From contig JAUCBJ010001580.1 in NCBI GenBank assembly GCA_032718475.1, forward strand, positions 1 through 45,157: a DNA stretch of 45,157 nt, in the 5' to 3' direction. The stretch's first letter is position 1. Each line of letters starts with the position of its first letter. A program made the position numbers and the translations under genes. The stretch comes from Nemertoderma westbladi (lineage: Eukaryota; Animalia; Xenacoelomorpha). The notes beneath the pieces are model-generated. The model saw nothing but the letters and a program-made list of their open reading frames with translations. It ran no database searches and was not told the DNA's origin. This document shows positions 23,588-36,136 of this stretch, one piece after another.

Positions 23588-24107
23588 TTGCGTGATGTCA
23601 GGTGATATAAGTATTAATATAGAAGTAGTTTGCTTTTAGCTGACATCCGATAGAAATAAGATAAATAAAATGATATGTTAGCCAGTTTTCATTAATTATA
23701 TTACATAAAAATGGTTTAATTATGTTTATTAGATATTACAGATAAATAAATAATATATATATACAGTAAAAAAGCTCATTTATTATTGTTAATATTAAAA
23801 TACCGAATGCATTATAATAACTATCATGATAACAAAAAATACACATTAACGAGGAAAAATTAGTAGAACCGCTATTTGAAACAAGAGAATGTGAGCCACA
23901 TTGTAAATGAAAACAATTCAATTAATATATTATATATTAATATATTATTAATATAATATATATATATTTCTAAGATAGTCAATTAATACAGTTAATACAA
24001 TTAATACATTAATTCAATTAATATATATATATATATATATTATTATATATTATATATATTATATAGGTGCAAGTGTAGGGGTAGGTGTAGATGTAGGCGT
24101 AGGTGTA

Positions 24108-25396
24108 CTACTACTACTAGGATCGGCATGCTGCATTGCAGCTGCATTTTTAAGAATGCTGTGCCGGCTTATCGACAAAATTGCACCGCCACAACTCCCT
24201 ATCACCCATGACATTTGCTAGATCATCCGCATCTTCAAGGCCAGTGTCCTTTAAGATGCGTCCTCAAGAAAGTCATGGGCTGTCCACCATGCTTATTCAC
24301 TCCATGAGGCTGCCAATGTACAAGATTATGCACTGGCTGGTCCTCACGGCGAAAGCAATGTCCTGCAAAGCTGAGGCGATTTTGTTCTGGTGTCAAGCTT
24401 GGGGGAACCAATGAGACACCTCCAATGTTATATAGTGTCTGGTTGGAGATGTGTGCATTGTACTTGACACAAAGAACCCGGCGTAGCATTCTTGTAAATG
24501 TGCCATCCAGAGATTTGTTGTCCTCAGCAGTTAGAGCCCAGCATGGACTCCCATAGAGGAGTACTGGAACTACTGCTGCTCTAAATAATCGGACATTAAG
24601 TTTCCGATTAATTCTCGGTGACTTCCAAATCCTGGAAAGCCTATTCAAGGCTGCCCATGCCTTTCCCTTACGTATTCGAAGGTCCTCACCTGACTTCCGG
24701 ATCCATGATCCCAGGTAACAGAAGTCAACCACATGCTCAAGCATACCATCTTTTGAGCTTATGCTCATCCGATCAAAGACTTGCTGAGGACTTTCAAAGT
24801 TAACTGTCAAAATTTTGGTCTTTCTGGAGTTAATAAAAAGACTAACACTAGAAGCAGCATGTTCTAATGAGCTGAGGAGCCGTTGGGCTCCCTCTAGTGA
24901 TTCTGAGAGTATTCCTAAGTCATCAGCAAAGTCTAGATCAGTTAGGTACTTGGCAGGATTTCCTCGACTTCTGGAGCCAGTAGGTGGAGTTATCATCACC
25001 CCATTATCATTATGATGATCTAAGGACATGCGTAGAACATAGTCAACAACAATTATGAACAAGAATGGTGCAAGTGTGTCTCCCTGGAGGACGCCCCATA
25101 ACACTTCAAATGGTTCTGTGTCACCGTCAACAGTAGACACAAATGTTGTCGAACCATCGTATACTGATCTGATTGCTGCAATAATTTCATCAGGAATCCC
25201 ATATAGTGAAAGTAAGCTGAACATACGCGAGCGAGAGACTGAATCAAAGGCCTTGAAGAAGTCAACAAAGATAACAGCCAGATGCCTGTCTTTCTTTTTT
25301 GATAACTCTTCAATTATCCTTCTAAGTGCCAAATGGGCTCCATGGTCCCACGACCTTTACGGAACCCATTCTGATTTCCACGGAGCATTCTCTCAA
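24108..25396 (-). mobile_element. 5'-truncated RTE-clade LINE with RT domain (frameshifts near both ends)
   Basis: NQNGFRKGR, FVDFFKAFDSV, GVLQGDTLAPFLF, LDFADD, FCYLGS, LLYGS; (TAG)4 tail seen as (CTA)4 at 24108-24119. Confidence 0.93.
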
Positions 25397-28300
25397 AGTG
25401 TAGGCATAGGTGTAGGCTTAAGTGTAGGCATAGGTGTAGGCATAGGTTTAGGTGCAGGTGTAGGCGTAGGTTTAGGCGTAGTTGTAGGCATAGGTGTAGG
25501 TGTAGGTGTAGGCGTTAGTGTAGGCGTAGGTGTAGCTGTAGGCAGAGGCGTGGGTGTAGGTATAGGTGTAGGCATAGGTGTAGGCATAGGCGTAGGTGTA
25601 GGTTTACGCATAGGAGTAGGTGTAGGCGTAGGTGTAGGTATGGGTGTAGGTGTAGGCATAGGCGTAGGTGCAAGTGTAGTCATAGGTGTAGGCGTAGGTG
25701 TAGCTGTAGGCAGAGGCGTGGGTGTAGGTATAGGTGTAGGCATAGGTGTAGGCATAGGCATAGGCGTAGGTGTAGGTGTACGCATAGGTGTAGGCGTAGG
25801 TGTAGGTATGGGTGTAGGTATAGGTGTAGGTTTAGGCGTAGGTGGAGGCGTAGGTGCAGTTATAGGCATAGGTGTAGGTGTAGGTGTAGGCGTAGGTGTA
25901 GGCATAGGCGTAGGTGTAGGCATAGGTGTAGGTGTAGGTGTAGGCGTAGGTGTAGGCCTAGGTGTAGGTGTAGGTGTAGGCATAGGCGTAGGTGCAAGTG
26001 TAGGCATAGGTGTAGGCGTAGGTGGAGCTGTAGGCAGAGGCGTGGGTGTAGGTATAGGTGTAGGCATAGGTGTAGGCATAGGCGTAGGTGTAGGTGTACG
26101 CATAGGTGTAGGTGTAGGCGTAGGTGTAGGTATGGGTGTAGGCATAGGTGTAGGTTTAGGCGTAGGTGGAGGCGTAGGTGCAGTTGTAGGCATAGGTGTA
26201 GGCGTAGGTGTAGGTGTAGGCGTAGGTGTAGGCATAGGTGTAGGCGTAGGTGTAGGCATAGGTGTAGGTGCAAGTGTAGGCATAGGTGTAGGCGTAGGTG
26301 TAGCTGTAGGCAGAGGCGTGGGTGCAGGTATAGGTGTAGGCATAGGTGTAGGCATAGGCGTAGGTGTATGTTTACGCATAGGTGTAGGTGTAGGCGTAGG
26401 TGTAGGCATGGGTGTAGGTGTAGGCATAGGCGTAGGTGCAAGTGTAGGCATAGGTGTAGGCGTAGGTGTAGCTGTAGGTAGAGGCGTGGGTGTAGGTATA
26501 GGTGTAGGCATAGGTGTAGGCATAGGTGTAGGTGTACGCATAGGTGTAGGTGTAGGTATGGGTGTAGGCATAGGTGTAGGCGTAGGTGTAGGCATAGGTG
26601 TAGGTGTAGGCGTAGGTGTAGGCGTAGGTGTAGGCCTAGGTGTAGGTGTAGGTGCAAGTGTAGGCATAGGTGTAGACGTAGGTGTAGCTGTAGGCAGAGG
26701 CGTGGGTGTAGGTATAGGTGTAGGCATAGGTGTAGGCATAGGTGTAGGCGTAGGTGTAGGCATAGGTGTAGGTGTAGGCGTAGGTGTAGGCGTAGGTGTA
26801 GGCCTAGGTGTAGGTGTAGGTGTAGGCATAGGCGTAGGTGCAAGTGTAGGCATAGGTGTAGACGTAGGTGTAGCTGTAGGCAGAGGCGTGGGTGTAGGTA
26901 TAGGTGTAGGCATAGGTGTAGGCATAGGCGTAGGCGTATGTGTACGCATAGGTGTAGGTGTATGCGTAGGTGTAGGTATGGGTGTAGGCATAGGTGTAGG
27001 TTTAGGCGTAGGTGGAGGCGTAGGTGCAGTTGTAGGCATAGGTGTAGGCGTAGGTGTAGGTGTAGGCATAGGCGTAGGTGCAAGTGAAGGCATAGGTGTA
27101 GGCGTAGGTGTAGCTGTAGGCAGAGGCGTGGGTGTAGGTATAGGTGTAGGCATAGGTGTAGGCATAGGCGTAGGTGTAAGTGTACGCATAGGTGTAGGTG
27201 TAGGCGTAGGTGTAGGTGTGGGTGTAGGCATAGGTTTAGGCGTAGGTGGAGGCGTAGGTGCAGTTGTAGGCATAGGTGTAGGCATAGGTGTAGGCGTAGG
27301 TGTAGGCATAGGTGTAGGCGTAGGTGTAGGCATAGGTGTAGGTGTAGGCGTAGGTGTAAGCGTAGGTGTAGGCCTAGGTGTAGGTGTAGGCATAGGCGTA
27401 AGTGCAAGTGTAGGCATAGGTGTAGGCGTAGGTGTAGCTGTAGGCAGAGGCGTGTGTGTAGGTATAGGTGTAGGCATAGGTGTAGGCATAGGCGTAGGTG
27501 TAGGTGTACGCATAGGTGTAGGTGTAGGCGTAGGTGTAGGTATGGGTGTAGGCATAGGTGTAGGTTTAGGCGTAGGTGGAGGCGTAGGTGCAGTTGTAGG
27601 CATAGGTGTAGGCGTAGGCATAAGTGTAGGCGTAGGTGTAGGCGTAGGTGTAGGCATAGGTGTAGGCATAGGTGTAGGCATAGGTTTAGGCGTAGGTGTA
27701 GGTGTAGGCGTAGGTGTAGGCATAGGTCTAGGCATAGGTGTAGGTGTAGGCGTAGGCGTAGGTGTAGGTGTAGGTGTAGGTGTAGGTGTAGGTGTAGGTG
27801 TAGGTGTAGGTGTAGGTGTAGGTGTAGGTGTAGGTGTAGGTGTAGGTGTAGGTGTAGGTGTAGGTGTAGGTGTAGGTGTAGGTGTAGGTGTAGGTGTAGG
27901 TGTAGGTGTAGGCGTAAGCGTAGGTGTAGGTGTAGGTGTCAGCATAGGTGTAGGTGTAGGTGTAGGCATAGGTGTAGGCATAGGCATAGGCATAGGTGTA
28001 GGCGTAGGCATAGGCATAGATGTAGTTGTAGGCATAGGTGTAGGTTTAGGCGTAGGTGGAGGCGTAGGTGTAGGTAGGCGTAGTAGGTGCAGTTGTAGGC
28101 ATAGGTGTAGGCGTAGGTGTAGGCGTAGGTGTAGGCGTAGGTGTAGCCATAGGTGTACGCGTAGGTGTAGGCATAGGTGTAGGCGTAGGTGTAGGCGTGG
28201 GTGTAGGCGAAGGTGTAGACATAGGCCTTAGGCGTAGGCGTTGGTGTAGGTGTAGGTGTAGGCATAGGTGTAGGCATAGGTGTAGGCATAGATGTAGTTG

Positions 28301-28835
28301 TAGGTGTAGGTATAGGCGTAGGTGTAGGCGTGGTGTAGGTGTAGGCGTAGGCATAGGTGTAGGTGTATGCATATGAGTAGGTGAAGGCGTGGGTGTAGGC
28401 AAAGATGTAGGCGTAGGTGTAGGCATAGGTGTAGGCATAGGTGTAGGCGTAGGCATAGGTTTTGGCGTAGGTCTAGGCGTAGTCGTAGGTGTAGGCATAG
28501 GTGTAGGTGTAGGCGTAGGTGTAGGTATAGGCGTAGGCGTAGGTGTAGGCCTAGGTGTCGATGTAGGTGTAGGCATAGGTGTAGGCGTGGGTGTAGGCGA
28601 AGGTGTAGGCATAGGTGTAGGCGTAGGTGTAGGCGTGGGTGTAGGCGAATGTGTAGGTGTAGGCGTAGGTGTAGGCATAGGCGTAGGTGTAGACATAGGT
28701 GTAGGTGTAGTTGTAGGTGTAGGTGTAGGAGTGGGTGTAGGCGTGGTGTAGGTGCAGGTGTAAGTGTAGGCGTAGGTGCAGGTGTATGCATAGGTGTAGG
28801 TGTAGACGTGGGTGTAGGCAAAGGTGTAGGTGTAG
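25397..28835. repeat. (GTAGGY/ATAGGY)n hexamer satellite with higher-order blocks; a short piece also lies at 24064-24107
   Basis: 3.4 kb of GTAGGT/GTAGGC/ATAGGT units; pure (GTAGGT)n run at ~27760-27910; recurring variant landmarks. Confidence 0.95.
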
Positions 28836-30400
28836 TAGATAAGAACAAGGTAAAGCCCAGCCTGGTGCACGAGTACGCATATTGGAGGCAACAATACCAC
28901 AAGGGCCTCAGGTAAGAAGACCTGTTCCTATGATCTGCTATCCTGATTTCCTGCACTCGGACGAGTGATTTATAGAAGAGGCTTGGAATAGGGCTTCAGG
29001 CCGCAAACCACTGCGAGATCAGGGAAATAATACTGACTCAAGTGAGGAAGGGGAGGATTTAAGCGGTCAGAAATCCTACAACCGGAAGGGAGGAAAGACT
29101 ATGGTAGACCAGGTAAGTATAAACCCTCAAGAAGGGGCCAGAAGAAGAAGACGGGAATAATACCAAAATGGCACAGTCGATAGTGGAGGATTTGGGCAAG
29201 ACAAACCAACTGTGATGTTTAATTCGATCAACAAATACAATCCGAGTACACCTGCCTTTAGACCAGACTCACGAGTATGGTCAGGTGAGAGGTCATATAG
29301 ACCCAGGACAAAACAACAGGAGTTGCCGGACGAATTTGTAGGATGTCAATTCTGCTTACTAAAGGAAGTGAGATCAGACGATCACAAGTTGGACAGCTGT
29401 AGACGCTTCAAGGAGTTGAGCTCAGAACAGCGAAGGGTTCAAGTGCGGTCATTAGACACCTGTTGGGCATGTCTTGATACAGGTCATGTACGACGCCAGT
29501 GCCCGAATAATAGTCAAGATGGATGTGTGGAGTGTGGTAGATTACACCACAAACTGCTACACGCCGATTTCCATACTCCAACAGACCGATATTTACAAAG
29601 GAACCCCCAAAAGAGGGTAAGTTATCTACAGGAAAACTCGGATATAAGGAGAGGTAAGAGCCTTGTCACAAGGCATAATAGCACATTTACCACCATTGAT
29701 GATGATGGTTATCAACCGGGCTCCTCAGATGAAGAAAACGAGGTAAGTCAGGAGAACGTAACATGTCAAGGTTTCACCACCATTGGCTTTGAAGTACGGT
29801 CAAGTATCGCAAGGAAGTATTTGTCATCAGCCACATCAGAGATATTCAGCGTGATATCAGTGAAACTTACTGGAGACAAAGGATCAAAACACATCTACGT
29901 GATGTTAGACACCGCGTCAACATTATCCTACATCAATGAAGAAGTGGTGAGAGCCGTTTCTAGCTTCCATGACGCGGAAGAGGTTAAGATAGAGTTGAAA
30001 TTCATGCATGGAGTAGGGGAAGTCAAGGGACACGTCAACTAGGGCAAGTCAAGATTTCTGTGACATTGGATTACTTACTTCCACGAGATGCCCATACAGA
30101 TGAAGAAAAGGAAGCGTTGCCGCTAGATGGTCTCAACTGCGTAGCTATGAAAGGATTTGGGAGGCAAATAGGTAAGGTGCCACCAATGAATCCCTTAGCA
30201 CAGGAGTATTTTGACAGCCTCGGAGTGCCATCTAAAATACATAAGCTAGGTTATCAAAATATGAGTATGTTAATTGGAGCTGAACAGCTGATTGCGTACC
30301 AAATATGGGAAACAGCACCGACTAAACTGGATGTAAATGGGCCACATGCCCACACACTATATTAGGTTGGTATACGCGAGTACCCATTGCATATGAGTTC
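28836..30400 (+). pseudogene. BEL/Pao retrotransposon gag (triple Cys-His knuckle) and aspartic protease, disrupted
   Basis: CQFC..HKLDSC, CWACLDTGHVRRQC, CVECGRLHHKLLH; protease VMLDTAS; later MLIGAE...GP...T/LGW; stops and frameshifts. Confidence 0.88.
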
Positions 30401-30788
30401 CCAAGTAGCTACGGCTACAAGCTGAGTGGTGGATGCGAAGAAACTATACAACAGACGTCTCTATACTCACGTGAGTCCATAGACCCTCCAGATATAGATG
30501 TTTCAAGAAGAGATTGTAAGGATCATGATGAAACCACTAGTGACTCGTAGGAGGAGTTATGTTCTGATAATGACCAGTTAGAAGAACTGAGTTATTGCAC
30601 AGAAACAGATAGTGATTATACCCATGAGGATTATATCCGATTTCAGTGCGAATATGGTGTTACATACAAAGAACTGTTATCAGAGGTTAACATACACAGA
30701 ACATTCTTAAGTGACATCATGACACTATAGGGGTCATATAGCAAAGTGTCGGAACTTAGATATGTCTCAAGAAGGTGTTGAGGAATTG

Positions 30789-30872
30789 CCTAAAGAGTAA
30801 TTGGAGCGGCCTAAAGAGTCATTGGAGCGGCCTAAAGAGTTATTGGAGCGGCCTAAAGAGTCATTGGAGCGG
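30789..30872. repeat. 21-bp tandem repeat x4 (CCTAAAGAGTNATTGGAGCGG)
   Basis: Copies start at 30789, 30810, 30831 and 30852. Confidence 0.92.
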
Positions 30873-33800
30873 CCTATAGACTTCTTGGATCCAGAGATAT
30901 ACGTGACCACAAGATCTGGAAGGGTTAGTTATGACATAAAGCCACCCCTACAGATTGCATAAGGAGCTCAAGGGTCACAGTTAGTAAGTAACAGACAAGA
31001 AACGACCACACCAGTGGGCCTTCGGTTTACAAATACGCGGATTTGGATTCGAAGATTCTATCAGTGGGATTACAATTGTCACCAACACGCATTGAGACAG
31101 GAGACTATAACTTGTCTTCTGCCTCAAATCAAAATTAATCTCAGTAACGCAAATTCACTTCGTATGCATTCCTCGTATGCTAATACTCAGAAATGCATAG
31201 GAGCGGGTTTGTGGTGAATGGCGTTTGGAAATTTGTCTGGTGGGTATCAAAATAAAATTTTTTGCATTTAAAGGTTTGAAAATTTAAAATCATAAGTGAA
31301 CCCAAGACAAACCCAAATGCTAAAATAGACGTGTCTAAGGACCTGTCTATAAGAGTACAGTTATTTTGAAAGTCGTGAAATGTTTGGAGGACATCGTATC
31401 TAAACACCATGGTTACGGCTATTATATTTAGGAGTGTAAATTGAGTTCAGTAGATTCTACAGATTGGTGCCAACAGTACAACAACCAGGGTGCTAAAGGT
31501 TAGTAGCACCAGCGGCGTACACAGACCACACTCAGTATTTTCTAGTGGATAATGGCGTCCGATAATCAAACCCGTGGGTTTGGTATAGTCGAGTGCCCTA
31601 GATAATGCCCATTCTAACTACACTATTCTAGTACAAGTATAGGGAGTAGTTTGGGTATCAAAAAGTGAGTCGGTCACGGCCAGTTTATCTACGAAGTTTT
31701 GCGCTATGCATGGGAATAATAGATACTGAGGATAGCTTAAGAATGAGACAGGGTCTGGGGAGCTGAAACTGAACTTCTGGAAGGTGGGCCAGGTAGCTCG
31801 GGAAGTCGATCCCATCTTACTAACTGATTGGTCAATTTGCAGATAAACTAACTTACGTAAGTTAATCTGGTTGGATATGTTAGAGGATATATAATAGACT
31901 ACCGAGAATGAAAAAACGTGTCCCTGCGGAACCTAAGAGAGGGTAGGGTGGACTGCCAAAGAAGAAGTGGAGCTGCCATTTGCTCGCCACGGATGTAAAG
32001 ATGCTAGCATGTATTATCATGGGCGAGCCGTGGTGGAGCTGAATACGAACATTAAGCCTAATTAAGACAAACGGTTGAGAAAGGACAGGTTTAAGGCAGT
32101 GAAGGACAGAATGGAGGTGTTGTGGTGTGAATATAGGTGCCAATACCCTTACGATTTTGCCGTCGACATGTGTGATATAAGCGCGAAACCCCAATGAGGA
32201 GATTGCTAGAATGTACCACATAAATATATTTATATCGCACGACGAACTCTTACCTGCCGTGAGAGACCAGTTTGATGGAATGCATTTATACCGGAGAACA
32301 CGAGGAGAGGACGAGGAAACATCGAAGGTCCTCAGTGTGTATAAATTGTTCTTTAAATGTAGTGAGTGTATGAACAAACAAGACGTCTGCATAAATGAAC
32401 AAAGACCCGGGCCGATATTGACAAGGTGTAAAGCGCATCAATTTCTCAGGAATAATGAAGGGGGATATCCAATGAGTAACCTGATGATAACCATCGATTT
32501 TAGCGGAAAGTAACCCCCAACGCCTGTTACACTGACGATTACGACTCCGGATCCTTATAGTGAGATTGGAACTCGTACCAATCCTGCTTTAGTGGAAATG
32601 ACTGCTGCCATTTCGCTTTATCGAGTGTATAAAAATTTGGAGGCACGGCGCGAAGCGGCACAGGACTTGAGTACCAAACCCGCAGGTTTGGAACTCTCGA
32701 GTCCTTGGTCAACATTCGACCCGCAACATCCGGAGAAAGGGCTCACGCCTGAGTATCAAGACGAGAAAAAGATACAACGCGGAAAGTCAACGCAAGCTGT
32801 TCCGACATCCAATAGATTCACGCCATCCATCCATCTACTAACCATACCCACGATTGCGATTTATACAATATTTTACTCCAAATTATTTTGGGAAGGTTCG
32901 ACGCATATATTATTAAGCCCGAATATGTCCAATCATTTATATATCATCGTCGCTCTGATATATACGTCCAGATTTATTGCGTAGCCATCACAATTGGATA
33001 TTAATATATGTTATACTTATTTGTTATTTGATCTAGTTTAGACAGAATTTTTTATATAAAGTATTAAGAAGGCATAAAAATATTGAAAGGAAATACTTTA
33101 TAGTCCGTTGGAAATAGTACGTAATTGTTTGTTATTATTTGTGCTAATATTTGTATATTGTAATTATATTGTACTTAACTCATTTGATTTTGTGTATATG
33201 ACTTTATTTGTTCTAAAGTTTATTAAAGAGGCAAAGGAAGTGATTGGGGAGACAAACCCGCGAGTTTGGCTTACTCCTTTCAGTAACCTGAGCAATCACC
33301 CAAACTAAGGTGATTTGCGTTTTTTATAAGAAATGAAGTAAAAGTTCGAAAATGAAAGAAATATTATGTATTTTTATATTTAATTTGATTGTCAGCCTTG
33401 AACGCAATAATATTTAGTTAAATACTTAGCCTCAAATACGTTTTATATTTTAGTTCTTTGTTATTATTTATTACAATTTGAGATGGGAAATGGGGGACGT
33501 AGTCCTACCCATGTTCCATTTCAATAAGTAAATTGTTAATTTGTAAATAAATCGAAGGAAGTATATTTTGTAATTAAATTTGTATTTGTATGCAATCATA
33601 ATTATGCAGTGAGAAGTGGCAATATTTTGCATTTTGCATATTAGAATTATTAGAACCAAGTTGTTTGATTTATTTGAAAGTAAATTTTATTTTTGTTATT
33701 CCACACCACCATATTTCTTCTACAATTGGAGAGAAACACTTACCTGTTTCTCTTGGAGCGGTGTTGCGATATATGGCGTTGTGCACAAAACAACCCTTTA

Positions 33801-35209
33801 TACAGTATAGAACAGACTAGATAAGGCATATTGATGTGCAACTGTAATATAATTAGATAAGGTAAATAAAATACACAGGTTCGTTTATATTCAGTCAATT
33901 TTATACAGTATGTAGCCTTAATTACGTAAATTTTATAATAAAACCCTAGTATATTTATTCGCGGTGGCAAACTTCTATAAAACTATAATATGAATTTGCC
34001 ATTTTCTAATATCTACTGAATATATTAATATATTTGTGCTAATTTCGTTTACATTTCTCCATAAATCAATGTTTGTGCTAAATTAACGTCTGAATTGTGC
34101 TTTTAATAATTGCCAAATTAAGTTAAGGCGATTATGTGCTTCTACCCACTGGTTGGTCGAAAACCCAGTTTCAGAGAACCCTGGAATCGCCTAATCAATC
34201 ATGTGAGCGGATTTAGACATTGCGTCATTCTTACAGTTTTAACAGTAGCCATCTTTAATCTATGTATTTTGCACTTCTGTTGATTGTAAATTGCTGCTTT
34301 CTTCTTACATTTGTGACTTTGGAAAATGATTACTGCTTAGTCTGACTCTTGATTTGATTTCTGATTGTTAATTATAATTTGCTGCAATGTAGTAAATCAA
34401 AATCAACGTTTGTTTCTTCGAGTGTCTGACTGTGTTTGCGATGTTTACGCCGTTACGGTAACCGCCCGTTTTAGTATGCAGGGCTAAGAGTAGGCGTTGC
34501 GGGCGAACTGTTCGGAAGCGACGGAGGGAGAATTGAAGGATCCAATGCGCGGCAGTGCCAGCGGGGCTGGTAGCTGCAGTTGGGGCAGATTTAAGTTGAA
34601 GACCGGGAAGACCGGTATCTTGTCTCTCAGGTTCACTAGTTAGGTTAGTTAGGTAGAAAGATCACATTGATCTGGGGTGACCTTAGCCGTTTACGCTAAT
34701 GCTAATGCTACTGCTGCAATGTGGCTAACACTAATGCTATTTTATGTTGTATTGTTTTAGGAAGTGCCTGATTCTTCATTGTGATGTTTTAGATAGGCGC
34801 TATTTGATTGTTTTCTATTTCTAAGTTTATGCTTGTTAAATTGCTGTTAGGTCAAATAATCGGTATTTATGCAGTCTTTAGTGTAGCCCAGTAACGTAAC
34901 TAGTTAGCGTTACAAATTCTGGAATACCTGATTACTTCGTACATTATATCGTACATTTGAGTAAATGTAGTTTATGATAGTATTTAGAATAAAATAAGGA
35001 TTTCGTACACTGCATAGCGGAGAATAGTTTTAGTTGTTTACGCCTAGGAAATATATTTGGACTAATTTACGCTAGGCAGTTATCCAAAAAATAGCGGGTT
35101 TGCAAGTCTACAGTAGTCGCAAGCGTAGCGAAGCAGTAATATAGCTGATTACAGTCAGCGCTAAGGGCACCCGGGTTTAGGTTAATAATTCCGCCCTTAT
35201 TCGCAATAT

Positions 35210-36110
35210 TAAATATTCTCACATTCAACATTTGTCCGCCTGACGAACTGCTTTACTTCTCTGTGAAAGGTGAACAATTGGAGTGTTAAGTCACCGACAC
35301 TCGTATTAAGTAGCTTGGGAAGCCAAATCAGATTTATTGTTTTGGTTGTTTCTGTTTTGGCTTGTGCTTAGGGCAATTAGCTTGGTATGTTATAGTTTGA
35401 TTAAACCCTTTGTTTCATTCACAAATACGAACATATCAAAAGGAAGAATCCCCTTTGAGATTTCATTTTTTTTTATTTTTCCATTGCTTCCTGGGTTCGT
35501 GGTATCCCAGGTTTGGAGTACATCACGTCTGCAGCAGATTTCTGGCCAGATTTTGATGGCATCGTTCCCACCCAAGATACCATGCTGGAATGAGTTGTTA
35601 CTTCATACCTGGAATTGTCGTCTTTTAGAATCTGTGGGTCATAGTTATTTATATCAAGGGATTTCTCTATTGAGGAAACGGTTCGTATTTTGCGTGTGGG
35701 TGGGAATGGTCTTCTATGGATCCACATGCGTTTATGGGGATTTCTATGTGTTTCCACTTCTTTTGCCGCTTCCTCAAGTGACTTCACTGGGCTGAAGGAA
35801 GGCAACACATCTGGGCAATGTCCACGAGGACTTCCAGGGGCAGATGACATAGATTATCTGCTTGTGGAGGTTCCAGCTGTTGGCTCCAGAGTTGGGGGCA
35901 ACTCTGCTCTTCACACTCATCATCAGATGATAAAGTATCAACGGTGTCAACTTCCTCATTCCCGTCTAAATTATCTCCACCATCGTCACTGAAAGATATA
36001 CAATCTTAAACATCGCTTTTTCCCTGAACAAACGCATCTATATCATCGTCTGTTCCTTGAAATAGGAGTACCACTTCATTTAGGCTAAGAAACTTTATCA
36101 TACTACTCAT
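35210..36110 (-). pseudogene. Degraded ORF with acidic N-terminus, tentatively a piggyBac-type transposase N-terminal remnant
   Basis: FLSLNEVV...DDD...SDDE start, then PFDMF and EVKQFV segments across frameshifts; loose resemblance only. Confidence 0.25.
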
Positions 36111-36136
36111 TATATATATTACACATATATTACATT

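Noticed and set aside
20000-24368. 260-bp inverted repeats as TIRs of a 4.4-kb DNA transposon
   Set aside because: Both arms are RTE 3' ends; one has its own TSD and the other continues into an RT ORF.
25055-28956. 1058-aa Gly-Val, 880-aa Thr-Pro and related His-Leu/Arg-Cys ORFs
   Set aside because: Translations of a hexamer satellite; the longest starts in antisense RTE sequence; no signal peptide or unique domain.
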